64,000 bases of DNA from a bacterium. Its GTDB lineage: Bacteria; Hinthialibacterota; Hinthialibacteria; Hinthialibacterales; Hinthialibacteraceae. Shown here piece after piece: positions 11,009 through 23,734 of the stretch. Under the pieces are notes generated by a model. It searched no databases. It worked only from the letters and a program-made list of their open reading frames with translations, and was not told the origin of the DNA. The position numbers and the translations under genes are program-made. The number at the start of each line of letters is the position of its first letter. Positions within the stretch are counted from its first letter, which is position 1. Where the stretch lies: contig CAXXSM010000057.1 of assembly GCA_963663405.2 (NCBI GenBank), forward strand, positions 13,488-77,487, given 5' to 3'.

Positions 11009-13422
11009 TTATGAGGGAGGCAGAACGATTCCTCTCTTCGCGGGAGAGAGTTCGGAGACTTCACCTTCCGCGTTGATCAGCAGGACACGATACCAATACG
11101 AAACGCCCTGCGCGATGTTTCTATCGATGTATTCATTGCCGGTGACGAGATCGCTGATTTGTAAATACTGGCCGAATTGGTGTAGGCTTCGATAGACCGC
11201 GAAGCCTTGCTGTTTGCTGCTATTGAAAGTGGGGGTCCATGTGATTGTTAAGCCGCAGCCGGCTTCGTCTTCCGCAACAGCAATCACTGGCAGTTGGATA
11301 GGCTTTACGCTGAACGTGAACGTGCTGACTGGAACCGCCGCTTCATATAGACTTTCATTTCCAACTTGATCGATTCCGAGAACTTTATACCAATAGACTT
11401 GCTTTGGTTTCGCGCTTTGATCGAGAAACGAACCAAGGCTCATATCTTCATTCAGATCGATCGGAATGGTTTCGCAGCTGGGCTCATCCGGCGGCGTAAA
11501 GGGTTCCGTCAAGGGAGCAGGCGCTCCAAGAGCGACGCTCCCTCCAACCCAGGTATAGGGGCCATTTTCCGCTTCACTCCGGTAGACATGATAGGCGGCG
11601 ATATCCTGGATGGGCGAGCCAACCCATTCCACCAATATCTTTCCATTCTGGGCGGATAAGCCTGTGATCACCGCTGGTTCCGGGGGAGTGCTGTCCCGCA
11701 GGCGCTGGCAGACGACTATTTCCCCATCGAGATTAGGAGGCAGAAAGCCACTTTGATTTTGCGCGTAATCCACCGCCTTGACTAGATAGGCGTAACAGAG
11801 AGGTGATTCGGAGGGAACCGTTCGATCCTCATAAAACGGCGCGCCGAATTCCGCCGCGAGGCCGATCGCTTCTTCTTGTGTTATCGAACCGAGATATTTA
11901 AACACATCTGGACATAAATCCCATGTTTGTTTTTGCATTTCTGCTTTATCACACACCCACGAGCCCAGATCGCACAGGCTGCGGTAGACACGATACTCAG
12001 AGATGTCGGTTTCTGGATTTAACTGCCATTGGACTTTGATAAACTCATTAAATCCGTTCGCGCTCACATTCACGGGGGGAGAAGGAGGTGTGATATCATC
12101 GAGCTTGGCCGAAACGGCGGCCGAGTGTGCGCTGACGTTGGAATTGGAGTCCACGCATTTCGCGCGGTAATAGAATAAAGTCTCCCCATAGTGAGGCCGT
12201 AGTAAAGGATCTGTGTCAATGAATGTGGCGTACAGAATCCCGGCGCTGGGTTGGGGGATGTAATTTTGTCCGCTTACAAGAACAGGAGCAGCGCTGAGGT
12301 TTTCTTCGTACCGGTAGAGTTGGTAGCCAAGGATCGATGGTTCTAAATTGCCGTCCGTATCGTAAATGACTGTGGCGATTCGAATTTCCATTTGGCCGTC
12401 AACGTTATTGGGAGTAACGGACATTTCAGCGGGCGCCATGGGCGGTGTTTGGTCGATGGGAGTGGCTGAAACTGGAGAGTCAATGAGCGCGCTTTCCTGG
12501 CCCAGCAGATCGACGCTGGCCACTTTGTAATAATAGTGCGTTCCATTGGCCGACCAGGGATATCGGCGCCGTCGACTTCATGTGTGTCCGGCTCTCCCTC
12601 GGGTGTCCAACGTTGAAAATCGACGAATCCCAGGGAAGATTCGGGGAGAGGATCTCCGTTCAAGTCATGAGTGATCTGGGTGGTGAAACTGGCGTCGTTG
12701 ATGCGCTGATACGCTCCACTGGGCGAGAGAGACCGGTACAAATTGTACCCGGCGGCTTTCATGACAGGATCCCATAAGAGAAGAACCTGATTGTCTCCCG
12801 TAGTGGCGTCAAAACCGCGGGGCGGTTTTAAATCAGGGGGTGAGCCGGCGGTGATCCCCACATCGGTCATGACGATCGTTTCTTCTCCTTGGCTGTTTAT
12901 CGCGCCAAGTTGATAAAAGTAACTGGTATTGTTTTCGACATCCCGGTCGTCGTATCCTTGCCCGACCAATACAGCAATTTTCCAATTCCCACGAGCGAGC
13001 AGCTGCAGGCGTTCGAATTGAGTCGAATCCCGTGGGATACCGCTGACGTTGCATGGATCGAATTCTTCTGCTTCGCTCCCTAAAAGGACTGACAATGTTT
13101 CCCATTCCGGGCTGCCTGGATTGATTAATTCTTGAATTTCGCTGCAGTCCGTCATCACGGAGATAGGGGATCTTCCATTGATCGGATCGGCTGGATACGG
13201 TCTGGACGGATTCGTCTTTCGATAGAGATTGAATTGACTGATCTCATCGGCGCTTTTGATGGCGGGCCATGTGAGCACAACATGCACTTCTTGTCCCTTC
13301 AAGACGCGATTGGTGTTTATACTTACATCAACATCTCCTTGCGCCGGCGCTGGAACGCAGGAAAGCCCGAGGAGAAAGAGAAGCAGAAGATGTATAGAAA
13401 TAGGTGATTGATGGGTTCGCAT
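11009..13422 (-). CDS. Secreted fibronectin type III repeat protein (~800 aa), split by one frameshift
   Basis: Signal peptide ending APA-Q; repeated FN3 motifs (LxW..YNLYRS..YYYxVxAVD, D.TPP linkers). ORFs 12343-13422 and 11009-12523 join as PGPANGTHYYYKVASVDLLG with one base restored near 12550. Confidence 0.8.
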
Positions 13423-13461
13423 TGGTAATCACTCCCGTGATCCAGTGGCTTTCGCCCCGGA

Positions 13462-16400
13462 TTATCGAACATAAAATCCTTCCGAAGAATTCAAACCGCA
13501 GACCAGATCCACACTGCCGCAGATGAACCATAACACACAGCCTTCCAATCCTACGTTCCCTTGGAAACTGAATGGCAGTGGCGCGATGATTTGCAGATCC
13601 GCCCACGCTCCCGCCGAGACCAATCCACCAAGGATTTCACCCCAGATGTGCAAACCGAGGTTGCCGATTACATAAGGCAGGCCCGGCAGGCCGGATTCGA
13701 GTGAGGCGGTTGAACCTGTATTGATAAAAGCGCCGAGTCCAGCGTACATTTCTATACCGCCGGAGATTATATAGAGGTTGATGCTGTCTTTGATTTTCGC
13801 ATACCCATAAAATCCGGTCAGCCGATCCGGCAGTGGTCTCATTTCCAGCGCGAAACGGCTGTCCATATCATGAAGAACCCAGGCGTTGGTTTTCGGGGCG
13901 TTCATACCGATATAAAAACCGCCTTCGGCTTTCCCTTCAGCGACGATTGTGAGCACCGCGACGATAAGGCGGCCTTGGATGGATTGGTAGGCATCACCAC
14001 CCAAATCGCCGCCGATATGCCATTCCAATCGTCCTTCGGCGCTCACTCCGGCGATATTGATGTAGCCATCCAGATCCCCCTCAATATATAGTTGATCCCG
14101 ATTCACGGCGAAGTGGGCCTGCCCAGTCAACTCAATATCCGTCAGAGCCACCGGCGTTATGTATAGGTCGCCACGGAACCAGTATTCGGACACCGAGGGT
14201 GTGATTTCGAGTTCCAGCATGCTGTATCCAGCCGATCGCAGAGCGATATTCACGTCCGCCGAGTTTTCGAGTTCCGCGCTGAGGTGGATTCGTTTTCATT
14301 TGGCCGTTCTCAATGCACGCGCATCCATTGATCCGGTTCATACTGCTGAAGCGGGCGACGGGCCCCAAGGCGAAATCACGGCGTTCATCACCGGTCCCTG
14401 TGTAGAAACTTAAGCATATACGTGTGGGATCGAGGACCATCGAAGCCGGGAGTCCACTGTCGATGAAATTGAGCGTGGCGTCCCCATAGCCAAGGAAAGC
14501 GTCTTGATCTCCACTATCATATTGGATCTCGAAATCCAGCATCCCAAAACTATTTCCCCAATTGCGTGTAAGAATCGTCTCGTTCTCTTTTGTTCCAAAA
14601 TAGGTGTCCGTCGCGAGTTCGATGCGGCGGCCTTCGTAGGGAGCGTTGGGTTGTTCGAAATCGTGGTAGTCATAAATGTTGAGATATTTGGAACCGAAGA
14701 AATCGAAATGGATGGTTCCAGCGACTTCTAGATAAGCCTTTGTCGCGCTGTTGATCGGATCGTAGGGTGAAAGACCCAGTGTATCCGTAACAAAGGAGAA
14801 ATTGTCAAATCTTTGGCCGGCTGAATTGTAATTGAATTTCAACGATCCTAATAGGCCGCTCGATTGAATAACGCCCCAGGTTAAAAAAAAGGGACGCCGG
14901 AAGTGGCGTTCTTCGGAAAATCCAGCGGCGGTTAAGAAGATCTGACCGGTTTTTACACTCATCACTCCGGCGGACGATGTATTAGGAAGTTGCTGCATCA
15001 TTAGGCCCCAATACTCCATCTCAACTGGATTGGAGAGATCGATTGTCGCGCCGGGAATCTCCGCTGTGGAGGTAAATTGCATTTCCCCAAATGGAACAAT
15101 ATTATTGATCGGACCTTCCAGAATTACGCCGCCTTCCATTACATTTTGGTAGATTGCGCTGTCGATGAATTGAAAGACCGCAAACGGATTGGCAGTGTCG
15201 AATGTCTGATGTGTTGGAATCTGTATTATTGGATCTACAGTGAGAGCGATCGAGAACGGTTCTTTGTTCCCATTCAGGTTTTCTCCCACATAAGTTTCTT
15301 CATGAGTCGGCCCCAGTTCCAAAGGCGAAGTATAATTTATGGCTTTTAAACGCCCGTTCACACCTCTCCCCCCGACATTAAGCCATGAAGAGGGAGCGAT
15401 CGTAAATTCAACAGGTGTTTGATTGGGTGTATCTGGTGTGAGAATGGAAAGCGTGTCAAAACCAAAGACTGTTACACCACAAAGCTGATTTGCAATGAAC
15501 CATTGAACAAGCGTATTTTCATCCAAAGTAGAAAAATCTGGATCGTTAAATATTCCTTCTTGTAAAAAGGAGTAAGAGGGGTAGCGAGAGCTGGAAAGAT
15601 AGAAAATAGATGTGTTATGATTCATGGCTTTGTAGGCGGGCCGGTTCGGTGTGGACTGGCTCAATTCTCCCCAAACAAAATCATGGGGGATGGTTAGTTG
15701 TTCGGCGTATAAGTCTTTATTGATTAATACATACAATGTGTCGTAACCAGCTTGAACGCTTTCCGACGCGGAACCGACGACGGCTTTTCTGGGAAGAGTT
15801 ATCGTTCCATTGGTAAATGAACCACTGAGAATTTGCCCCGCTGCCATATAGAGGTCGCCGGTATTCAAGTAAATCGTATAACCTAAAGGATTGATCGTCT
15901 GGAATGAAAACGGACCGTTCAAAGCCAAGTTCGCATTCAGTCCAGCGGATGTGACAATACCGTCGTCAAATGTATAGGGCGCCTTCATATACCCCGTATT
16001 CGTGAGTGTCGTATTCGGATTGCCGGGAACTGTGGAGCCATCACGTAAGATCGCGCCCCGCCAGCTGTCTTCAAAATACTCCATGTCCTGCCAATTTATT
16101 GTCGTTGAGAAATCCGCGATCACACCGCTTCCTTGAATCACCATTCCCTGGTTATCGACAGTCCAGGGACCGAAGGAAGCGCTGTTCAGTTCTTTGTAAT
16201 ATTCTCCTGCCGAATTAATATCGATTGTCCCCAAGGAAACATGACCAGGGCGGCAGTCAGAGCCACTGAGAAGAGACGAAGGAAACTCCAATTCCGCTTC
16301 GGCGGTGGCCGAAAACGGTGTGATATGAACGTAATCGAGACAGGTTACGAAACCGGCTTGATTGAGACGGACACGGTCAGGCGTATGGTCTAGAGCTGGA

Positions 16401-18571
16401 TAGACCGCTGATCCCTTTTTGACGCTTCCATTTATACTGACTCCCATTAAGGATTTAAACGGTTTGATTGTCAGATTCTGAAACTGGACTTTAAAACGGT
16501 TTTCTTTTTGAACCAGCCGGTAGAGAGAATCCTCTTCCAGCGACAGAACACTCATTAAGTGATCGGGATCAAGCGGAGTTGATAAGTCATAATTGGGGGG
16601 AAGAAATAAAACAAGAGTGTCTCCAACCGCCGCGTCCGGTGTGAATCGAATCGCTTCTTGCAGTTTGATTTCCTCGGATGGATTTTGTACGGTTTGGGCG
16701 ACCTGGAAGGTGTGGGCGATCAGTTCCACGCCATACAGTATATCGGCGAATGCGATCGTATCTTCCTTTTTGAACGATGTCCAGGCGGAACCGGCCGCAT
16801 TTGTAATCGTGTCTGTTTCTTCGTTATAATTGAAGTAGTAATAGGAAATGTCAGCAAGAATAAATCCCCCCATCGACAACGTATCCGGTGGATCTATCGC
16901 GGGGATGAATACCGGCGTCTTTCTTTCAACGGCTGTAAGAAAAATCGCGCCGCTTGTGGGTCTATCTTTCGAAGCGAAAGCCGTCAAGCCACTATTCGAA
17001 CCAAGCCAGTTGCTGATTTTGGTAATGCTATTCCCATCATATTCCATTTTGAGAAAACGATATTTGGATTCCGGTGAGGAATGAACCGGGATGATACCTT
17101 CTGTTTGCATGTCGAGGAACGAGCCGGTTCCAATGATTAACTCATCTCCATTCAATCGATTTCCATCGAATTCACCGGCGGTAATCGACATCGCGCCGGA
17201 TGGATTCATGAGTTCAGAGAGGGCGTTGGTCACACTCTTGCCTCCAGGCCGCTCGAATCCCACGATCTCTTTGTCTTGCACGATCGGGGCGATCACACTC
17301 AACAGGTTTAATGGAACCGTATCGCGGGCGTCTCCGAAATTCTTGGAATTGCCTTGACTGGCCGCGATAATTTCTTTCCAGCCGTCACCGTTCAGATCCG
17401 CCGCGGCGAGTTCGATGCCGCCATTGCCACGATATTTCTGTGTAAATCCTGCGAATGGATGTCTGGCTTCAATTTGTCCGTCACTGTTAATATCTAAAAC
17501 ATGAAAGATCGTTTGCGAGGAGGGGCCATTGGATTGGCCAACGATCAGCTCATCTTTCCCATCCTGATCGAGATCCGCGGCGGCTAAGGTCAAACCGATC
17601 CCGCCAGTGGTTTTATTGAATAACGTTAATGGTTGATTGACGATTTTGGATGGTAAACCGCTGAATTGACCGACAACGTCCCAGCCTCGTGGCGCCGGCC
17701 GGCCGCTGTATTGAAAGAGCCGTATGATTCCTTGGCCTCCCACTCCCTGCGCCGCCGCGATTTGACGTGTTCCCGAACCGATGAAATCCCCTACCGCCGT
17801 CCGGATTTCTCCGATGTCATAGTTGATTGGAGAATCACTGTTCGACGGGAACGCTTCAAAGGAATGGCCCAGCACATTACCCGTTTCCGAATCCCGGGCA
17901 ACGACCAAATTAGGATACAGCGCCTCCTCGGTGATAGGGCCGAATGATACAACGACTTCGGAAACTCCATCGTTGTTAAGATCGCCGGAGGAGAGATACG
18001 TCGTTCGTCCGCTTCCGCCGCCAACATTCAATAGAAATTTCCCCGCCAGTCCTTGAAACGATCGAAGAATCGCAGTTTGTGGTTTTTCACTGGGATCGAA
18101 ATTACGGATATTGACCGCCGTATCGCCACCGAATCCTTGTGACACGGCGAGGGTATCGAAAATACTTTCATCCAAAGAATAGGGTGAAAGAGATGAAGGA
18201 TTTTGGCCGGGTTTCGAATTGATTTTGCTATTGAGAATTATCGATGGAGTGGGAGTGATTGGATTTTGAACGCGATCCTCACTAGGGATTGAATCGGGCA
18301 AGTTGATTCGAAAATACGTGTCCTCTGAATGAGTATCGGTCTTCTCACGATCAGAAGGAGGAATGAAAGGTAAACCGGGTGTAGGCGTTGGCGTTGCGGT
18401 GGGCGTGGATGTTGGAGCCGGAATTGACTTATTGTTCGCATTCGTTTCAACGGGACCTTCTTTTGGAAGAAACAGGGATGCAACAATGAAGACACTTAAA
18501 CCTGTGCAGAATAAAACCATTCTTTTCGGAAGAAAGGAGATTGCCGGTGAGGAATCGCTCATTATTGCCAC
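13462..18571 (-). CDS. Giant exported protein (~1700 aa): N-terminal hydrophobic anchor/signal, Pro/Thr linker, FG-GAP propeller and ~1100 aa beta-strand-rich region; one frameshift
   Basis: FG-GAP motifs GDLNNDG, GDFIGSG, ADLDQDGKDE, ADLNGDGWKE, GEFDGN. ORFs 14132-18571 and 13462-14253 join as QMKRIHLSAELENSADVNIALRS if one base is removed from T4 at 14293-14296. Confidence 0.7.
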
Positions 18572-18933
18572 TCCACAGTTTTTATAAAGAGACAGAATCT
18601 AAGGTTGAATTGAATGATCGCAATTGATTTAAGGAAATAAACAAGAATATATAATACACAGAAATTGTGTTAATAAATTTTACTATTTGTATATTTATAA
18701 ATAATTGAATTTAATTACTATTAATTATTTATTAATTTTTGATTGTATCAGATGATCTTTTTAATGTCAATAATATTTATTAAATAAAAGGAAAACGGGT
18801 GTTTCATCAAACTGAATTGGAAGATTGCGAAACATATTCGCCGAGGATTTTAATACTGGGGTAGAGGAATGTACTATCTCATTATCAGTAGCATTTACTT
18901 ATATATTCTCTTACCGGATGAGAATCATTTGAA

Positions 18934-20871
18934 TCATTTAAGGATCGTTTCTTTTACGGTGTTCATTAGACTTCCGCTGGCGATACATTTTTTTTGACGA
19001 TTGGATAATGAATGCCGCGCATCGATCACCTTATTATTGGTTTTGTTATGAATTTTTATAATCGTTCCTTGAGAAATATCTTGATGAATGTTTTCTACCG
19101 CAAGTATATGGTCCTTTTCGATCCATCGCCAATCATCGGGATTGACAAAAATCAACGGCAGGATGCCGAAATTGATAAGATTTTGAAAGTGGATGCGCGC
19201 GAAACTTTTTGCCAAGACAACGCGTAATCCCAAGTATCGAGGCGCCAAAGCGGCATGCTCCCGGCTGGAGCCTTGACCGTAATTTTCTCCTGCGACAATG
19301 AAAAAACCATTCATTGCTTTTCCCGCTCTCTCTTTAAACATCGGATCAACGTCACGAAAAACAAATTGGCTAATCGCTTTGATGTTGCTTCGATAGGGGA
19401 GCGTTTTGGCCCCCGCTGGCATGATTTCATCAGTTGAAATGTCATTCTCAAGTTTCAAGAGAGCTGGACCTTCAAATTGATCCGGGATAGCTTCAAATAC
19501 GGGCAATGTCCCAATGTTCGGCCCTTTTTCCAAGTTGATGTTCTTCCTGTCTTGTAAGGGAGGGAGAAACATCGCGGTATTGATTATGATCTCTTTAGGC
19601 TCGCTGAATTTTGGATAGGGGAAATCCAGTGATCTTGGATCGGTGATACACCCTTTCAACGCGGACGCCGCAGCGGTTTCCGGACTGCAAAGATATACAG
19701 CGTCGCCCTTGGTTCCGGAGCGCCCTGGGAAATTTCTTGGCACAGTGCGTAAACTGATCCGGCCTGTGGCGGGAGCTTGGCCCATACCGATACAGCCATT
19801 GCAACCGGCTTGATGAATTCTGGCGCCGGAATGTACCAATTTCGATAAAAAGCCCATGTGAATTAGATTTTCCAAAATCTGCCTAGACGCGGGATTGATA
19901 TCGAACGAGACGCCATTCTGTACTTGTCTGTCATCCACCATCAATGCGGGTATCGCGAAATCCCTGAGACCCGGATTGGCGGATGAGCCAATGTACGCTT
20001 GATAGATCTCTTTACCTTCCACTTCACGGACAGGGACAACATTTCCTGGACTACTGGGTAAGGCGATCAATGGTTCAAGAGTGGATAAATTGATTTCATC
20101 ATGCTCATCATACTCCGCATCGGCGCCGGCGGTCAATTCGGTCCATGCTTCAGCGCGGGTTTGGGTGGCAAGAAAACTCTGAGTTTGAGAATCAGCGGGA
20201 AAGACCGAAGTGGTAGCGCCCAATTCAGCGCCCATGTTCGCGATGACGTGCCGGTCCATTGCGGTAAGAGTATCCAATCCTGGTCCGTAATACTCAAAAA
20301 TCTTCCCGACGCCTCCATCTACGCCATGTCTTCGCAGCATCTCAAGAATAACATCCTTGGCGCTTACCCAATCGGGTAATTTTCCAGATAGTTTGACACC
20401 GGTAATTTTAGGCATGGTCATGTAAAACGGTTGCCCGGCCATCGCCATCGCCACTTCTAATCCTCCCGCGCCGATCGCCAACATCCCCATCGATCCGGCG
20501 GCGCAGGTATGACTATCCGATCCGAGCAGACTCTTTCCTGGAGCGCCAAATCGCTCCATGTGGAGAGGATGACTGACTCCATTGCCGGGTTTGCTGAACC
20601 AAATTCCATATTTCTGACATGCGCTTCGCAAAAATAGATGATCGTCGGGATTTCGATTGTCTTCTTGTAAAAGATTGTGATCGACATATTGCGCGGATAG
20701 TTCTGTCCGAACGGAATCAATCCCTAAGGATTCAAATTCGAGCATCACCATGGTGCCCGTGGCGTCCTGCGTTAACGTCTGATCAATCTTGATGGCAATT
20801 TCAGTTCCCGGTTTTAATTCCCCTTCAAGTATATGATTTTGGATTAATTTTTGACTTACATTTAGAGCCAT
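18934..20871 (-). CDS. acn: Aconitate hydratase (short, Aquifex-type)
   Basis: QDATGT, DHN, GSDSHT, GCNGCIGMG, RNFPGRSG, STDEIMPAG and NYGQGSSREHAA aconitase motifs. Confidence 0.92.
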   Translation of the reverse strand: MALNVSQKLIQNHILEGELKPGTEIAIKIDQTLTQDATGTMVMLEFESLGIDSVRTELSAQYVDHNLLQEDNRNPDDHLFLRSACQKYGIWFSKPGNGVSHPLHMERFGAPGKSLLGSDSHTCAAGSMGMLAIGAGGLEVAMAMAGQPFYMTMPKITGVKLSGKLPDWVSAKDVILEMLRRHGVDGGVGKIFEYYGPGLDTLTAMDRHVIANMGAELGATTSVFPADSQTQSFLATQTRAEAWTELTAGADAEYDEHDEINLSTLEPLIALPSSPGNVVPVREVEGKEIYQAYIGSSANPGLRDFAIPALMVDDRQVQNGVSFDINPASRQILENLIHMGFLSKLVHSGARIHQAGCNGCIGMGQAPATGRISLRTVPRNFPGRSGTKGDAVYLCSPETAAASALKGCITDPRSLDFPYPKFSEPKEIIINTAMFLPPLQDRKNINLEKGPNIGTLPVFEAIPDQFEGPALLKLENDISTDEIMPAGAKTLPYRSNIKAISQFVFRDVDPMFKERAGKAMNGFFIVAGENYGQGSSREHAALAPRYLGLRVVLAKSFARIHFQNLINFGILPLIFVNPDDWRWIEKDHILAVENIHQDISQGTIIKIHNKTNNKVIDARHSLSNRQKKCIASGSLMNTVKETILK

Positions 20872-21007
20872 AGTGGGTCTCCTTTTTTACTGATTCATAA
20901 AGCATGTGGGATTCTATTATTGATGCAGGATAGAAGATGGTTCAGCAAGACGAAACTTACATATATCGATTCGTAAACATGTTGAGTTTTACCGCTTTGC
21001 CTTTCCG

Positions 21008-22405
21008 TCATTTTTCTAAATTACGGACATAGCGTTCCGCGCATTCCATGATGCTTTCAGATAGTGTTGGATGAGGATGTACAACATCGGCGATATCACT
21101 TGCCGTCGCCCCCATTTCAATCGCCAGGGCGCCTTCACTGATTAATTCTCCCGCGCCGGAACCGGCGACACCGACTCCGATGATTCGTCCCGTGCCTGGT
21201 TCGATGATTAATTTTGTCATTCCATCCGGCCGGTCGAAACTCATCGCCCGACCAGAAGCCGACCATGGAAAAGTGGCGATATCCACTTTGATCCCTTTTT
21301 CTTTCGCCTCCATCTCTGTCATTCCACACCAAGCCAATTCAGGATCGGTAAATACAACGGCGGGAATCGCGACGGGATCAATAGTCACATGTTGGTCGCA
21401 TATCGTATCAACGGCAATACGAGCGTCCCGGCTGGCTTTGTGCGCGAGCATCGCTCCTCCGATGATATCTCCAATCGCATAAATCGATGGATCTTTTGTT
21501 TGTTTTACGTGATTGGCTTCAATAAATCCGTTTCCATCCAGTGTGACAGCGGTGTTTTCTAATCCTAAATTATGGCAATTGGGTTTTCGGCCGACCGAGA
21601 TGAGCACGCGGTCGTAGGTCTCTTGCGTTTCCTGGTCCGCATGGTCTTGAAAGGTGACTTTGATTTTATTCCTCTGTGTTTCCATTTTCGAGACTTTGGT
21701 TTTGACCCGGATTTCTTGAAACGTATTTTCCGCGCGTTTTTGAACGAAACGCACCATATCCCGGTCGCTTCCATGCAGGATGCGGTCATTGTATTCAACC
21801 ATCACGACCTTGCTGCCTAGAGCCGCATAGACCGCGCCTAATTCCATCCCGATGTAGCCCCCACCGACCACTAACAAGGTATTGGGTATGTCTTCGAGTT
21901 CTAACGCCTTGTCGGATGTCATAATTCTCGAATTGCCAAGATCAAATGTGGATGGTAAAAACGGGATGGAGCCTACCGCGATAATAGCGTTTTGGTATTT
22001 CACAAGGATTTGGCCGTCATTTGTTTCAACGCGTAACGTATTGGAATCTTCAAAATACCCACGGCCGATCAATCGTTTCACGTTTTTCTGTTTGGCCTGG
22101 TTAACCATGCCCGTCGAAAGTTTATCTAAAATCGACTCTTTCCACGCGCGCATTTTATCAATGTCAATTTTTGGATCAGAGAAAATAATGCCTCTATGTT
22201 GACATGATTTTACTTCTTCAATTAAATTGGCCGCATGGAGATACGATTTAGAGGGGATACAACCCCAGTTTAAGCAAACACCACCCAAACGTGGATTTTG
22301 ATCAACTAAAACGACATTTTTTCCAAGGCTTGAAGCCTGGATCGCAGCGGCGAATCCCCCTGGTCCAGCGCCCAGCACTACTAAATCTGTATTGATGGTT
22401 TTCAT
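21008..22405 (-). CDS. lpdA: Dihydrolipoyl dehydrogenase (E3)
   Basis: GAGPGG FAD site, GGVCLNWGCIPSK redox disulfide, GGGYIG NAD site, HPHPTLSE. Confidence 0.96.
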   Translation of the reverse strand: MKTINTDLVVLGAGPGGFAAAIQASSLGKNVVLVDQNPRLGGVCLNWGCIPSKSYLHAANLIEEVKSCQHRGIIFSDPKIDIDKMRAWKESILDKLSTGMVNQAKQKNVKRLIGRGYFEDSNTLRVETNDGQILVKYQNAIIAVGSIPFLPSTFDLGNSRIMTSDKALELEDIPNTLLVVGGGYIGMELGAVYAALGSKVVMVEYNDRILHGSDRDMVRFVQKRAENTFQEIRVKTKVSKMETQRNKIKVTFQDHADQETQETYDRVLISVGRKPNCHNLGLENTAVTLDGNGFIEANHVKQTKDPSIYAIGDIIGGAMLAHKASRDARIAVDTICDQHVTIDPVAIPAVVFTDPELAWCGMTEMEAKEKGIKVDIATFPWSASGRAMSFDRPDGMTKLIIEPGTGRIIGVGVAGSGAGELISEGALAIEMGATASDIADVVHPHPTLSESIMECAERYVRNLEK

Positions 22406-22416
22406 AGTTGATTTCC

Positions 22417-23721
22417 TTATTTCTTCTGGCCCGTTTGGAAATATTTCGTTTCAAATTGCTCAAATGATTTGACCAGCGCTTGCGCAAAACGAGCGCCATC
22501 GGCGCCGTCAATCAGCCGGTGGTCGTATGACACGCAAATTGGCAAAAACGTATGCTCGCGCCATTCTCCTTCTTGGAGAACAGGGCGGATGAGCGAACGC
22601 CCCATTCCGAGAATCGCCGCATTCGGCTCATTGATAATGGGCGTAAAATGACTGCCACCGATTCCACCGAGATTGGATATCGCAAAGGCGCCGCCTTTCA
22701 TTTCTTCACTTGTTAATTTTCGATCCCGCGCTTTCTCCGCGAGATGAGTAATTTCTTTGGCAATATCCAGCAATGTCTTTTTGTCTGCGTCCCGGATGAC
22801 AGGGAGAAACAATCCCGCTTCGCTGTCAACGGCGATTCCAATATGGTAATGATCCTTGTAAACAATTTCATCTGTATTTAGATCCAAACTCGCATTGAAT
22901 ATTGGATATTGCTTCAGCGCTTCAATAACGGCTTTCACGGCGATTGCGGTCAGAGTCAACTTTGTGTTGTTCTTGGTGTATACAGCTTTGTAATGTTCAC
23001 GCGTTTCCATCAATGCGGTAATGTCCGCTTCATCAAATTGATAGACATGGGGGATCGTTGTCCAAGCCTTTTGCATTCGCAGACCAACCGTTTTTCGAAT
23101 GGAGGAATAGGGCTCGCGGCGGGTGGGGCCCCACTGTTCAAAGTTGTACTGTATTTGTTCCGCGGTCTCCGCGGTTTCATGTTTTCCTGCCGGTTTGGAT
23201 GCGGCGGATTGCAGGTTAGCGATATACGATTGGATATCGGATACTATAATTCGTCCTCCCCGCTTGGAGCCGGGCACAAGACTTAGATCCAAACCGATCT
23301 GTTTCGCAAGGCGCCGGACGGAAGGAGACGCAGGTGGGGGAAAACCGCTTTCCGATTGATATCCGGCTCTTTCTGTTCGAGTGACTTCCTTTTCTGTTTT
23401 TAATTGTGACGCCTGTTCTTTATCATCAGTTTTTTTCTGCTTAGAGGCTTGTTCATCTGCGCCCGGTTTCGATTCAGCTTCTGGACGTCCTTCTTCTACA
23501 ATCGTTGCGATCTTGGCGCCGGTGGAAATTTCATCGCCAACAAATACGTGTATTTTTTGTATTTTCCCCTCAACGGGAGAAGGAATCGGCGCGACGGCTT
23601 TGTCGTTTTCCAATTCCAGAATCGTCTGATCTTTTTCAATGGAATCGCCTTCTTGTACGAAGATTGTGAGAACCGTGCCAGAATTGGCGCCTTCTGATAA
23701 TTGAGGTAATCGTACGTCCAT
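22417..23721 (-). CDS. aceF: Pyruvate dehydrogenase E2, dihydrolipoamide acetyltransferase (single lipoyl domain)
   Basis: ELENDKA lipoyl site, ASPSVRRLA E3-binding domain, SYDHRLIDGA catalytic motif; start moved to ATG 23721 (MDVRLPQLSEG). Confidence 0.93.
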   Translation of the reverse strand: MDVRLPQLSEGANSGTVLTIFVQEGDSIEKDQTILELENDKAVAPIPSPVEGKIQKIHVFVGDEISTGAKIATIVEEGRPEAESKPGADEQASKQKKTDDKEQASQLKTEKEVTRTERAGYQSESGFPPPASPSVRRLAKQIGLDLSLVPGSKRGGRIIVSDIQSYIANLQSAASKPAGKHETAETAEQIQYNFEQWGPTRREPYSSIRKTVGLRMQKAWTTIPHVYQFDEADITALMETREHYKAVYTKNNTKLTLTAIAVKAVIEALKQYPIFNASLDLNTDEIVYKDHYHIGIAVDSEAGLFLPVIRDADKKTLLDIAKEITHLAEKARDRKLTSEEMKGGAFAISNLGGIGGSHFTPIINEPNAAILGMGRSLIRPVLQEGEWREHTFLPICVSYDHRLIDGADGARFAQALVKSFEQFETKYFQTGQKK

Positions 23722-23734
23722 TTTTTGACCTTTT

